A stretch of 64,000 nt of DNA, from NCBI GenBank assembly GCA_034722055.1, contig JAYENL010000242.1, forward strand, positions 64,001 through 128,000, given 5' to 3'. The notes beneath the pieces were generated by a model. The model searched no databases. It was given only the letters and a program-made list of their open reading frames with translations, and was not told the DNA's origin. Of the stretch, positions 18,080 through 29,200 are shown piece after piece. The stretch's first letter is position 1. Each line of letters starts with the position of its first letter. The stretch is from Armatimonadota bacterium. Its GTDB lineage: Bacteria > Armatimonadota > Zipacnadia > Zipacnadales > UBA5352. The position numbers and the translations under genes are program-made.

Positions 18080-19771
18080 TTAGAGCCCCGGCGCGGGGGT
18101 CTCGGGCTGGCCGGTCTCGATGACGATGGAGCGCAGCGTCACCGGCGGGCAGTCCTCCGGGGCCTCCAGCCTGAGGGTGTGCCAGTCCTGCTCTCGCTGG
18201 CCGAGGCTGACCGGCTCACCGCCCTCGACCGGGAGCGGCCCGATGCCGTCCACGTAGAGCTTCAGACGCAAGTCCCGCAGGCCCGGCTCCACGCGCACGG
18301 AGGCCGGGCCGTCAAGCAGGTAGACGGGGTAGTCCGCACGGTCGCCGGGGCCAAGCTGCACGTCCTCTCGCCGCAGCGCGCCCTCCACGGGCGTCTCTGT
18401 GAGCTGGCTGGAGGACACGTTCAGCGCCCCGGCATCGATGGTGATCGGCCCGCGGCCGGCCGCCTCCCTCAGCGCCTGCCGATAGCCGTTGTAGAAGTCC
18501 GCGGGGGACTCGCCGGGCGCCGCCAGCAGCGTCGAGCGCAGCAGGGCGTGGCCGTGCGCGGCCTCCACCCACAGCATGGCGCCGACGAGGTAGTGGAAGG
18601 CCTCCTCGCCCAGGCCCGCCGCCAACTCCGACTTCGGGCCCTCTTCCAGCCACAGGTCCAATGTGCGCTCGCGCATGTCCGTGAGGTATGACGCCAGCTC
18701 CACCTCGCCACTGCCCCACAGCCCGTTGATGGCCGCCTGCGCCTTCTCGGACGGCCAGCGCTCGCCGACGACCAGTCCGGCCTCCTCGGCCAGCAGCCCC
18801 AGCAGCAGCGCCTCGCCCAGCACGCCGTTGGCGTAGGGCTCCGGCTCGGTGAAGCGCCCCATGCGCGGGAGCGAGAAGTGCCCCCACTCATGGGCGATCT
18901 CCCGCAGCCATTCCACCGGCGCCCGATCCCGGCCCACGTCGTAGAGGAAGATATCGTCCTCGTACTGCTCGGCACCGGTCGGCCCGCTCTCGCACATCCA
19001 GAGCCGCACCACGTCATCCTCCACCGCCTGCGGGAGGCCCCAGCAGCTCCGGCTGTAGCAGTGCACCCGCAGCAGGATGTGCGTGAGGCGCCCGGCCAGG
19101 GCGGAGTAGTCGGCCCCCCGTTCGCTCAGTAGCGCGGAGGGGTAGTGCGTCATGGCCGTCATGTGCAGCTCCTCACCCTCGGGCGTGGCGGTGAAGCCGT
19201 AGCACACGCGGTTGAAGCGGGCCGTCCCCACCACCCCCTGTCCGCTGGCGGAGGGGATCTCCTTCTCCACCGGCCCGGAGCAGCCGTCCATGCCCTCGGG
19301 GAAGATGACGGCGTTTGTGTTGGCGATTCGGCGGTTGAGCTCATCCACGCCCTCGCCCACCCGCACGCGACACTGATCGGTGACGAAGGACACGGGGCTG
19401 AACTGCAGCAGCGACAGCCGCAGTCGGCGGGGGAACTGCTCGCCGAAGAACAGGTGCGTGATGCGGGAGCGGCCGTACTCGTCGTCGGGGCGAAGCTCCA
19501 GCAGGCGGCCGTAGCTGGCGAGGGCCTTGAGGGTGTTGCCCTCCAGCTCGTGGAGATAGCCCATGTGGGCGTGGACGGTGGGCGCCTCCGGGTCTATCTC
19601 CAGCGCCTGCAGCAGCTTGCCCATGGCGGCGTCAACGTCGCCCTCATCGGCGAGATGCTGGCTCTCCCGCACCAGCTCCGACGCCGTCGGCCCCTGCGCC
19701 TCCTCCTGGGCCGCGGCGGTCGTGACCAGCGCTACCGTCAGCACCGCCGCGACTGTCCCACGCAGCCTCAT
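18080..19771 (-). CDS. Secreted TPR-containing protein with HEXXH zincin-like motif
   Basis: Signal peptide; TPR repeats (ALEIDPEAPTVHAHMGYLH...LELRPDD); REIAHEWGHF. ATGA overlap with the upstream gene. Confidence 0.75.
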   Translation of the reverse strand: MRLRGTVAAVLTVALVTTAAAQEEAQGPTASELVRESQHLADEGDVDAAMGKLLQALEIDPEAPTVHAHMGYLHELEGNTLKALASYGRLLELRPDDEYGRSRITHLFFGEQFPRRLRLSLLQFSPVSFVTDQCRVRVGEGVDELNRRIANTNAVIFPEGMDGCSGPVEKEIPSASGQGVVGTARFNRVCYGFTATPEGEELHMTAMTHYPSALLSERGADYSALAGRLTHILLRVHCYSRSCWGLPQAVEDDVVRLWMCESGPTGAEQYEDDIFLYDVGRDRAPVEWLREIAHEWGHFSLPRMGRFTEPEPYANGVLGEALLLGLLAEEAGLVVGERWPSEKAQAAINGLWGSGEVELASYLTDMRERTLDLWLEEGPKSELAAGLGEEAFHYLVGAMLWVEAAHGHALLRSTLLAAPGESPADFYNGYRQALREAAGRGPITIDAGALNVSSSQLTETPVEGALRREDVQLGPGDRADYPVYLLDGPASVRVEPGLRDLRLKLYVDGIGPLPVEGGEPVSLGQREQDWHTLRLEAPEDCPPVTLRSIVIETGQPETPAPGL

Positions 19772-20751
19772 CGGATCGGCTCCTTCTCGCTCTCACCGCT
19801 GCCCTCAGGCTCAGGGCAGGCAATCCGGCGAGCCACCTGCTCGGCCACCTCGATGTTGTCCTCGTCCAGCAGCGCGCCGGCGTAGTAGATGCGGTTCTCG
19901 TCCTCGCAGTGCCATACCCAGCCCCGCACCGCCTCCGGGTAGGGCTTGCCAATCACGTGCATCACGAAGGACTGCAGGTGCCGAAGCGGGTTGGAGAAGT
20001 AGCCGGTAACCTCCACCGCCGGGTGCCCCCGGAAGCGGGTCTCCTCATAGGAGAGCTTGATGCCCTTGTGATACTGGCGGATCTCCGACCGGGCCCAGCT
20101 CTCCAGCGAGCGCTCGCGCAGCGACACATTCGCCATTCCCCACCGGGCCCCCACGAGCTCCTCGCCCCGGTCGGCGAAGTGCAGCTCGATGAGGCCCGCC
20201 ATCAGCTTCTGGTTGGTCAGCTCAAAGCGCTCCGGCGTCTCCATCGTCAGGCCGTACGTTGACCAGGTGATCCAGTCCTCCTCGGGGTGGTCCTGCATGG
20301 TGCCGATGATCTCGCCGGCCAGCTCCTGCCCATCCTCATCGGCAGTGGCCATCACCTGCATGACCACGACGCGCTCGCAGTCCTCGCAGTACCAGGCCGC
20401 CCCGTAGCCCTCCACCTCTCCGCGCCAGGCGAAGCAGTTGAGGTCGCGCTTGCCCATCCGCCGCTTGCTGACCACGCGGGCGTCGCGCTCCACGTCAATC
20501 TCCGGCTCGTCCCGCTTGCGCTTCTTGGTGAGGTCCCTAAGGTACTGGTCAACCACGCCCTCGACATCCACAAAGCCCGAGGCCGCCTGCCACTTGATCT
20601 CAACCCGCGGCATCTTGTCACGGTCGTCGATGCGCAGGTAGCCCTGCTTGCGGTCCCCGCTGATGGCCGCGATGTCCCAGTCCTGGGGCACATGCACGAG
20701 CACGCCTTGCCAGGCCCGTATCTGCCACTGATCCGTGTCGAGCTTCGCCAT
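19768..20751 (-). CDS. Conserved-looking hypothetical protein with an internal two-fold repeat
   Basis: 327 aa, host-like codon usage. The halves repeat (AWQGVLVHVPQDW / STYGLTMETPERF; AAWYCEDCER / WVWHCEDENR). Confidence 0.75.
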   Translation of the reverse strand: MAKLDTDQWQIRAWQGVLVHVPQDWDIAAISGDRKQGYLRIDDRDKMPRVEIKWQAASGFVDVEGVVDQYLRDLTKKRKRDEPEIDVERDARVVSKRRMGKRDLNCFAWRGEVEGYGAAWYCEDCERVVVMQVMATADEDGQELAGEIIGTMQDHPEEDWITWSTYGLTMETPERFELTNQKLMAGLIELHFADRGEELVGARWGMANVSLRERSLESWARSEIRQYHKGIKLSYEETRFRGHPAVEVTGYFSNPLRHLQSFVMHVIGKPYPEAVRGWVWHCEDENRIYYAGALLDEDNIEVAEQVARRIACPEPEGSGESEKEPIR

Positions 20752-20772
20752 CTCACACAGCGCTCCGTGGGG

Positions 20773-21882
20773 TCAGAACACCATCTGCTCCCGGCGTATG
20801 TAGATGCTTTGGAGAATACCGATCGCCATCAGGTTCGCGACCAGACTGCTGCCACCGTAGCTTAGAAACGGGAGCGGCATGCCCTTGATGGGCGCCAGGC
20901 CGATGGTCATGCCGATGTTGGCGTAGACCTGAATCAGGAACATCGCCACGATCCCCGCGGCCACCACCCGGTCAAAGGCGGTCAGCGCCCCCGCCGCCAC
21001 GCTGATGCCCCGATACAGCAGCAGCCCGTAGAGCACCAGCACACTCGCGGCACCCACGAAGCCAAGCTCCTCCCCGACCACCGTAAAGACGAAGTCGGTC
21101 TCCTGGTCGGGGATGAAGGCGCTCTGGCTCTGCTTGCCCTGGAAGAGCCCCTGCCCCCACAGGTGCCCCGAGCCGACGGCGATCAGAGACTGGTGCAGGT
21201 GGTATGCGGCGCCGTAGGGGTCCTCTTCCGGGTGGATGAAGGAGGTCAGCCGCGCCTTCTGGTGGGGCTTGATGAGAGCGAAACCCCAGGCCCCGGCGAA
21301 CAGCATGATGCCCGCCAGGGCGAAGGCCGCAAGATGGCCGGGATTGGCCCCGTAGATGAACATCATGATCAGCCAGATGAAGAAGAGGACGATAGGGGTG
21401 CCCAGGTCGGGCTGCAGCAGGATCAGGAGGGCCGGCACCGCCACATAGCCGAGGGTTTTCGTGAGGAACAGGAAGTCCCACTTCTCCTCGTCCATGCGGG
21501 CCACCACGGCCCCAAGCATGACGATGACCGCCAGCTTGGCCAGCTCCGAGGGCTGCAGGTTGATGGGCCCCAGAGCGAGCCAGCGGGTGGTGCCCCGCAC
21601 CGCACCGGCAGCCAGCACGATGACCAGCAAGCCCATCACAAACAGGTAGATGGGCCAGGCCAGCCCCTGCAGCTTGTTGGGGTCCACCAACATGGTGGCG
21701 ACCAGCACGCCCAGGCCGATGACCAGCCACACAAGCTGCATCTGCAGCTTGGCGGCCCCCGGCCTGCCCGCCGCCGCCAGATCGCTCTTGGTGCAGCTAT
21801 AGATGGCCGCCGCGCCGATGATGCACAGCAGGACCACGACCGTCAGCATCTGGAAATCGGCGTGGCGCAGGTCCCTAAGCAC
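20773..21882 (-). CDS. rodA: Rod shape-determining protein RodA (SEDS family)
   Basis: GTTRWL..GPINLQPSELAK, LQPDLGT, QSLIAVGSG, IPDQETDFVF, GMPLPFLSYGGSSL. GTG 21882 after GAGGGA. Confidence 0.93.
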   Translation of the reverse strand: MLRDLRHADFQMLTVVVLLCIIGAAAIYSCTKSDLAAAGRPGAAKLQMQLVWLVIGLGVLVATMLVDPNKLQGLAWPIYLFVMGLLVIVLAAGAVRGTTRWLALGPINLQPSELAKLAVIVMLGAVVARMDEEKWDFLFLTKTLGYVAVPALLILLQPDLGTPIVLFFIWLIMMFIYGANPGHLAAFALAGIMLFAGAWGFALIKPHQKARLTSFIHPEEDPYGAAYHLHQSLIAVGSGHLWGQGLFQGKQSQSAFIPDQETDFVFTVVGEELGFVGAASVLVLYGLLLYRGISVAAGALTAFDRVVAAGIVAMFLIQVYANIGMTIGLAPIKGMPLPFLSYGGSSLVANLMAIGILQSIYIRREQMVF

Positions 21883-21920
21883 GCAGAGTCCCTCGCGGTG
21901 AATGTGGTGACTACGGCCGG

Positions 21921-21929
21921 AGTATAGCA
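21921..21929 (-). promoter_or_regulatory. Extended -10 promoter for the rodA operon
   Basis: TGcTATACT about 40 nt upstream of the rodA start. Confidence 0.55.
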
Positions 21930-22056
21930 CAAATCAGGGGTCCGAGAAAGCTGCCGCCGCCCGACCGCATTGATCGGACGAGGCCGGACGGCATCGCATT
22001 GAAGGCGTCATGACCGCTGGCCGCCGCCGCACCCGCAGGCGCCTGCTTCCCGGCGC

Positions 22057-22848
22057 TCAGGGCATCGGCCAGTCTCCCTGGAACCCGGCGGCGTTGGGCT
22101 TGGTGGGCGGGCCCCAGTCACAGCACACGCCCGGCTCGCTCCCCCACGCCTCGGAGTGGTCGGGCGTGCCCTCATGGGCGAAGGGGCCGGCCGTCTTCTT
22201 GAACCACTCTGCATGGTAGTCGCAGAAGAGGAAGTTCTTGCCGCCATTATGCCACATCTCGTCGGGCTTGAGTGGATCGTCATGGGACTGGTAGACGTTC
22301 TGGCCCAGGGCGTCACCCCACGCGCCGGGCGGGTTGTTGCCCTTCTCGAAACACATGACCGTGGCGTGAGGCGCCGGAATGTCGTCCTTGTACCCGCCGA
22401 TCGCGATGGTGGTGCCCCCCACGACCATCGGCCTCTGGGTGTACTGCGCGATGGCGTAAGACCTCGCTTCTCGCGCCTTCTCGTTGGGATTGTCGGGACA
22501 GATCAGGAGGCTCTCGTTCCGCAGATAGCTCATGATCGAGACGTCCCAGGTGGCGACTGAGGGGTCCGGAACATTGCGTATCGCCTCCGGCGGCGGTGTC
22601 CACGTGGGTGCCACGCCCGGGTGGGTTATGGACCAGGGGGGGATGAAGCCGCCGTTGTCCTGGATGTAGCCCTCGATGGCCTGCCCGATCTGCTGCATGT
22701 TCGAGAGGCACCGGGCCTGACGCGCCTTCGCCCGCGCCGACGCCAGGACCGGGAAGAGAATGGCCACCAGCACGGCGATGATGCCAATGACGGTCAGAAG
22801 TTCAATCAGGGTAAAGCCTGTGCGACGCGTTTGCGTTGCCAACGACAT
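22057..22848 (-). CDS. Prepilin-type N-terminal cleavage/methylation protein (DUF1559-like) with variant H-X9-DY motif
   Basis: GFTLIELLTVIGIIAVLVAILFPVLASAR...CLSNMQQIG; C-terminal HNGGKNFLFCDYH; AGGAG SD. Confidence 0.88.
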   Translation of the reverse strand: MSLATQTRRTGFTLIELLTVIGIIAVLVAILFPVLASARAKARQARCLSNMQQIGQAIEGYIQDNGGFIPPWSITHPGVAPTWTPPPEAIRNVPDPSVATWDVSIMSYLRNESLLICPDNPNEKAREARSYAIAQYTQRPMVVGGTTIAIGGYKDDIPAPHATVMCFEKGNNPPGAWGDALGQNVYQSHDDPLKPDEMWHNGGKNFLFCDYHAEWFKKTAGPFAHEGTPDHSEAWGSEPGVCCDWGPPTKPNAAGFQGDWPMP

Positions 22849-22880
22849 CACACTCCTGTACACGCTCACGTTGGCCGGGC

Positions 22881-23555
<675 letters not shown>

Positions 23556-23900
23556 GCTCCATCCATCTCCACGCGAAAGGCCGCCCTCATGCCATCTGGT
23601 CGCCGACAGGTGGCGGCGTTCTTCGCTACGCCACCGGGCTCGTGCACGTGTGTCTACTAAACAGCCGACGGTGCCGTTTGTTCCTTGCGCCGGACACTCC
23701 GCCTTCCAGTGGAAGAACTGGACGCGGACCGGCGCAACCGGCGCCGGCCCGCGCTGTGTTCCTCGCGCTCTAACGGCTAGTGCTAAGTCGCAGAAGTTCG
23801 CGTAGCTTCCTACGTCCCGACAAGACGCGTGCCCGCCATGGAGGGGCCGCCGCGAGCGAAGCGAGCGGGGCGCGATCAGGAGCGGTAGCGACTGACCGCG

Positions 23901-24031
23901 CAGGTTCCACCCCGGCCCACTGGAGACCTTCGGTCTCACGGGCTTCCAGCCCGACCATCAGCGCAGGCGCCCCCGCCTGCGCGCCGTTTGGGCCCTGGGT
24001 AGAGCCATCTCCCGGGCCGGGGTGGAACCTG
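23901..24031. repeat. Perfect 18-bp inverted repeat bounding a 131-bp element
   Basis: CAGGTTCCACCCCGGCCC (23901-23918) and GGGCCGGGGTGGAACCTG (24014-24031). Confidence 0.85.
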
Positions 24032-24183
24032 AGGCCTATTCGCTGGGAGACTTCTACGAAGTCTCAGTCACAGGCCTCACCGGGCGCTGCGCGCCCGGCG
24101 GCCCCTCCACCGGACGGGTTTTTGAGGCAACCAACCCCCGACAGTGCCCGTCGTCAAGGTACGCAGAATTGCGCAAGTGAGCA

Positions 24184-26169
24184 CTAATAGGGCATCTGTG
24201 ACACCGCCTGCCCAATCAGCGCGAAGGCCACCGATCCCATGCCTACCAGCCCCATTCCGCAGGCATAGCCGGCGCTGAGCACGGTGGCGTACTGCTTCCA
24301 GGTTCTGGCCCCGAACCTGGGGATCATGTAGTACTGGCTGACCAGCGCCCCGATCATCTCCGGGAAGACGAAGTGCGGCAGACGACCCAGTCCTCGAACG
24401 ATGCCGTACACCAGCAGCGTCGGCATCTGCAGCAGCGCCAGGACGCTGTAGGTGATAATCCCGAAGCCGAAGCCGCCCACCACGAACTGCCACTTGAAGG
24501 CCCGCTGGAAGAGGCTGTGCTCCGAGTAGGTGGCCGTCAGCCACAGGGTGCGCTGGTAGGCGCTGAGCGGCCACATCTTCTGCGCGTAGGGATAATTCGC
24601 AGACGGCACGGGCGCCAGGCGCCAGATGAACTCCCAGTACAGCACACTGCATACCACCACGATGGGCAGGATCAGCAGCTCCGCCTTCACCAGCGAGATG
24701 ACCTTGTTGCCAGTCAGCTCCAGGACCCGGAACTGCTGGGCCCGCTGGCCGTGATCGAAGTTGGGGATGGGCGCGAACCAGATGTCAATCCCCTCGTAGC
24801 CGCTGAGGATGATCACGCCCTCCTTGACCATGGGGATGGATACCCACTGGCCGGTGAGGCCCTTCATGCGGGCGTCAACGTACGAGTTCAGCGGGGTGAA
24901 GAAGAAGCCGAAGAAGATCACCCAGGCAATCGGGAAGTCGGGCACCAGATGCCGGCACAGTAACACATACCCGGCAGTTGAGATGACGAACAGGCCGATG
25001 GCCAGCTTCAGCGAGATGTCGCCCCGTCCCGCCACTCCGGCGAGCGTCCCCGGCTCGTGCTCCCGGTCCTGTTGGTCGGCGAGCCTGTCGCGGTAGATGT
25101 GTGCCATGATCCCGGCAATCCCGATGGCGGCAACGGCGAAGGCGGTGCCGATCTGAGCGCTGAAGTAGAAGTCCACCTGGTTGGCGAACTGGGTTTGAAT
25201 GGTGTCCATCCCCGGGTGCCATTCCTCGAGCGTGCCCACGCGGTAAAGGTAGGGGTTGAGCACGAAGGTGCCCAGCGCGGCGATGAAGCTGCCCACCACG
25301 GCCCAGAACGGGACCACGAAGCCCGCGATGATGGCGCCCAGATCGACGGTGAAGCCGGTAGCCACCGCCGGCAGCACGTTCTCGGTGTTCCGCGTCAGGT
25401 CTACGAAGGGGATCGGCAGCAGTTGCAGCGGCTCAGTCATAATGACGCCGGTGATAGTGGGAATGCCAACGTAGAAGACTCCGAACACCAGCCCCACCAT
25501 GGCGCCGATGGCGAACACCCGCCACCGCCAGGTCTCTTCTTTGGTGGTCGTCTCCGCCAGGGCCGTGGAGCCCTGCGCGGTGATCGCCGCGTATGGGAAG
25601 GGCAGCCGCTCGTAGTCGGAGGTGATGCGGAAGAGCGCGTATCCCAGCCCGAACCAGTTCAGCCGGCTGAGGACGACACCGAGGAGCAGGATAGCCGCGG
25701 GGTAGTACCAGTCGGGATGAAAGAAGGTGCGTTTCATCAGGGCCTGCGAGTCCGGCCCCGGGACCACCCAGTTGGGTATCTCGTAGGCGATGCCCATCCC
25801 CCGCGCCGCCGGCGAGCGAACGAAGTACTGCTCCCACATCTTCCCGGCGAAGGCGCCGCCGGCGAGCTGCAGGCCGCCGTGCGTGGATGCCAGCGCCGCG
25901 GCGACGTAGAAGAGGATGTATACCTCCTGGCGCTTGAGCGTGAGGAACGACCGCCGGGCAATCTCGGTGAAGAGGATGATGGTGGTCCACTCCGCCGCCG
26001 GTCCCAGGTTGCGCCCCGCCACCAGCCCCAGGTAGATGGCACCGGGCATCATCACCAGGCCGATGAACAGGCCCCCGATGATGGTCTTGACGTCAAAGCC
26101 GTCCTCGTACTGCTCGGGCTGATCCATCAGCCCTCGGTAAAGCTCAAGTTCCGGGTCCAGGGGAGCCAC
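24184..26169 (-). CDS. OPT/YSL-superfamily-like polytopic membrane protein (putative peptide transporter)
   Basis: 661 aa with many TM segments and the OPT-like YERLPFP motif; GGAGG SD before GTG. Confidence 0.75.
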   Translation of the reverse strand: MAPLDPELELYRGLMDQPEQYEDGFDVKTIIGGLFIGLVMMPGAIYLGLVAGRNLGPAAEWTTIILFTEIARRSFLTLKRQEVYILFYVAAALASTHGGLQLAGGAFAGKMWEQYFVRSPAARGMGIAYEIPNWVVPGPDSQALMKRTFFHPDWYYPAAILLLGVVLSRLNWFGLGYALFRITSDYERLPFPYAAITAQGSTALAETTTKEETWRWRVFAIGAMVGLVFGVFYVGIPTITGVIMTEPLQLLPIPFVDLTRNTENVLPAVATGFTVDLGAIIAGFVVPFWAVVGSFIAALGTFVLNPYLYRVGTLEEWHPGMDTIQTQFANQVDFYFSAQIGTAFAVAAIGIAGIMAHIYRDRLADQQDREHEPGTLAGVAGRGDISLKLAIGLFVISTAGYVLLCRHLVPDFPIAWVIFFGFFFTPLNSYVDARMKGLTGQWVSIPMVKEGVIILSGYEGIDIWFAPIPNFDHGQRAQQFRVLELTGNKVISLVKAELLILPIVVVCSVLYWEFIWRLAPVPSANYPYAQKMWPLSAYQRTLWLTATYSEHSLFQRAFKWQFVVGGFGFGIITYSVLALLQMPTLLVYGIVRGLGRLPHFVFPEMIGALVSQYYMIPRFGARTWKQYATVLSAGYACGMGLVGMGSVAFALIGQAVSQMPY

Positions 26170-26232
26170 GTCACACCTCCGGCGGCAGTGAGATGGCAGT
26201 GTGCGACAGGATCGGCCGGCAATACCAACGCA

Positions 26233-29200
26233 TTACTGCGCCGTCTGCTGCAGGTCCTCCTCCCCCGCCAGGATGGCGCGCCCGCGTGCCCCGAAGTCGC
26301 CCTTCACCGGACTGGGCAACGTGCGCCACAGCAGGTACTGCTTGCGCAGCAGGTTGATGAAGTTGCGCGTCACCCGAATCCACGACGCCTCGTCACCGCT
26401 CTCCCGACGGATCACAGCCCGAATCTGGAAGATCTCCGCGTCCTCCGTGGGCACCGTCTCGATCGTCAGGTGCTCCGACACCCCCAGGTCATAGGGCGCC
26501 AGCCAGACCATCACGGAGAGCGCAAATCCCTCCCCAAGCTCGAACTCCTCGGCGTCCAGCCCCAGGTCACCTGTGGAGAAGTTGCCCAGCGAGTAGTCGG
26601 CATGCGCCCCCAGGTAGTCGAGAAGGAAGACGTTTACCCCCAGCGCCTGGTCGCCCGTCACCGTGAAGGGCAGGTTCATGCGCATGACGTCGTCCACAGG
26701 CTCGGGCAGCGTCCAGCGGCGCTCGATGCCCGGCATGGCGATATTGGAGGCCACCCGGGCCGGATAGATGACCGACAGCAGTACCGTGACCATGATCATC
26801 AGGGTGCTGCCCACGGCCGCCAGCGATGAGTAGTTGAGGTAGAGGCCGCCCAGCGCGCCGGTCATCAGCAGCACCTTCGCGGAGGCCTGGCCCACCAGGT
26901 AGCCCGCTACCGCACCCAGCACCGCATAGACCGACGCCTCGGCCACGAAGAGGGCGGCGATGTGCGTGGGCGCCAGGCCCAGGGAGCTGTAGATGTGGAT
27001 CTCGTTGGTGCGCTCGTAGACCGAGCCCAGCATGGTGTTGAGGACGATCAGGGCTGCGATGAGCACAGGGATGAGCACGTCGCTGGCGCCCTGCACCCCG
27101 GTCGTGCCCACGGCGCTGCACAGGTAGGTCTGGTCATCGACCCCGGCGTAGAGGTTCAGCTCGACACGCGACATCAGGTTTTCGAGGTGCGTCAGGACGC
27201 TCTCGGCGTCGGGAATGCCGATGGCCACCGAGCGCAGCGTGCCCCCGGCGTTGACGACGAAGTTGTAGGGCACAATGAGCACAGCGTCCGGGGTGAGGTG
27301 GATGTACTCCCGGAGCTCGTCCTCGCTCATCTGGTCCTCGCCGGCCTGCATGGACTGCCGCTGCGCCTGCTGCTCCTGCATCAGCAGGTAGTCCACAGGG
27401 GTGATCTGCTCCCCATCGAGGTCCTCGATGCGCTTGAAGCGGTCGCTGTCGATGATCCCCAGCACTCGCAGGCGGGTGCCGAAGACCGACACGAAGACGT
27501 TCCCCACATCCTGGGGCTGGATGTTGAGCTTCTCGGCCATCTCCTGGGGCACGATGCAGGCCAGGGTGTCATCCTCGGTGAACCACCGACCACCCTCATC
27601 CAGCGCCCTCTGGGGCTCGCTGATCATCGCCTCCTCGGGCGTCAGCCCCACCATGGCGGTGGCGGAGTAGCTGTCCCCCGCCCGCGACACGTTCACGAAG
27701 GACTGCTCGCCGACGCGACTGGAGAAGTACCATGCCCGCGGGGCCACAGAGTACTCATCGCCGAACTCATTGCGCATCACCCGCGTGGTCGGCTGCCCGA
27801 TAGGCGTCCAGGTCTTCTCCCGGATCATGATGCCGTTATACGCCGCGGTGTGCGGCAGCCGGATGCGGTTGGTGCGAATCGTCTGCTTGATGGAGGTCGT
27901 TGACAGCACCGTGAAGGTCAGCAGCACCAGTGTGGTGCAGGTCAGCAGCGTTCGGATCTTGCGCCGGCGCATGTTCGAGATACCCAGACCGAAGGCCGCC
28001 GCCGAGGCTGAGAGCCGACCCACGTCCGCCTCGCGCACCCCCGTCTGCTCCCAGCGCATCTCGCGCATCTGCTCCTCGAACTTCTGCACCACGATCCCCA
28101 CCACGATGATTGTCAGCGCCAGGATGATGAAGGCCAGCAGGATGATCATGGGCGTGAAGGTGATGGCGAATGCGGGATGCACCAGGCCGATGAGGATGAA
28201 GATGCCCACAAAGAACGCCACTGTGCCGAGGATCTGTCCCTTGATCTCGCGCGCAGCCAAGAAGAGCCGTTCGGCAAACACCCCGAAGGGCATCAGCAGC
28301 GCCAGGTAGAACAGCACACCCTTGACCACGTCGTCGGCGGTCTTGCGGACATCCGGGTAGGCTCGGGACTCGTAGCTCCACGCCGACCGCGCGGCTGTGA
28401 AGAACTCATCGTACTTGCGCTCCCGGAGGTACTGCTGCGACAGCTTCAGGTACTCCAGCGCCTCCGCGTGGGCCCGCTCCACCCGCGCGTTGGTGATCCC
28501 GTGCTTCGAGAGCTTGGCCATGCGGTTGTCGTCGAGCTGCCACATGTCCATGGCCACCCGGTAGGGCGTGGCGTGAAGCGACGGGTGGCGGTCCACCAGG
28601 TAGCCCTCCCCCAGCTCCTCCAGCTCCGTGGGATTGATCAGCAGGAAGCGCAGTCCCAGGAGGCTGGCGCCCATGGTGATCTTGACCTTGGTGCCCGACG
28701 GAGCGAAGACCACGGCCACCGGCTCGTAGCTGGACGTGAACTGCTGCGGCGGAAGCGGCAGGCAGTAGCCGTACTCGTAGGGAGCCGCATCGGTCTGGGC
28801 GTCGTAGACGTGCAGCTCCCGCAGGAGCTGGAAGAACCGCTGGTCCACCATATCGAAGATGGCCACCGGCTTGCAGTCGAACATCACCACCGTTACCGGC
28901 TTAACCTCCTGATCCATGGCCACCTTGTTCGGGTAGGCCTCGGCGCCGGTCACCCCCAGGTCGGGGGCCATACGCACCCGCCCGTCCTCCTCGTCGAGCA
29001 GGTAGGCCTCAACGGTGATGGTGCCGCCCCGCGCCCGGGAGTTGGGCAGTCCCGGCAGGTAGAACCTGCCGTCCTCGTCCACGATGTCGAAGATCTCGCT
29101 GCGCACGCCCATGGAGGTCTTGGAGCCGGTGCGCGCCACCGCTACCGCGCCCGGTAGGGGATCATCGGGGAACAGGCTCTCGCGGGGGTTGAACTGCACC

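Noticed and set aside
23763..23787. CIRCE-like TTAGCACT...GAGCGC on the minus strand
   Set aside because: Spacer is 7 rather than 9 nt, the right arm is poor, and no chaperone gene follows.
23895..23925. tRNA T-arm-like GCAGG-TTCCACC-CCGGC
   Set aside because: Mismatched stem, no TTCG and no cloverleaf; better explained as one arm of the 18-bp inverted repeat.
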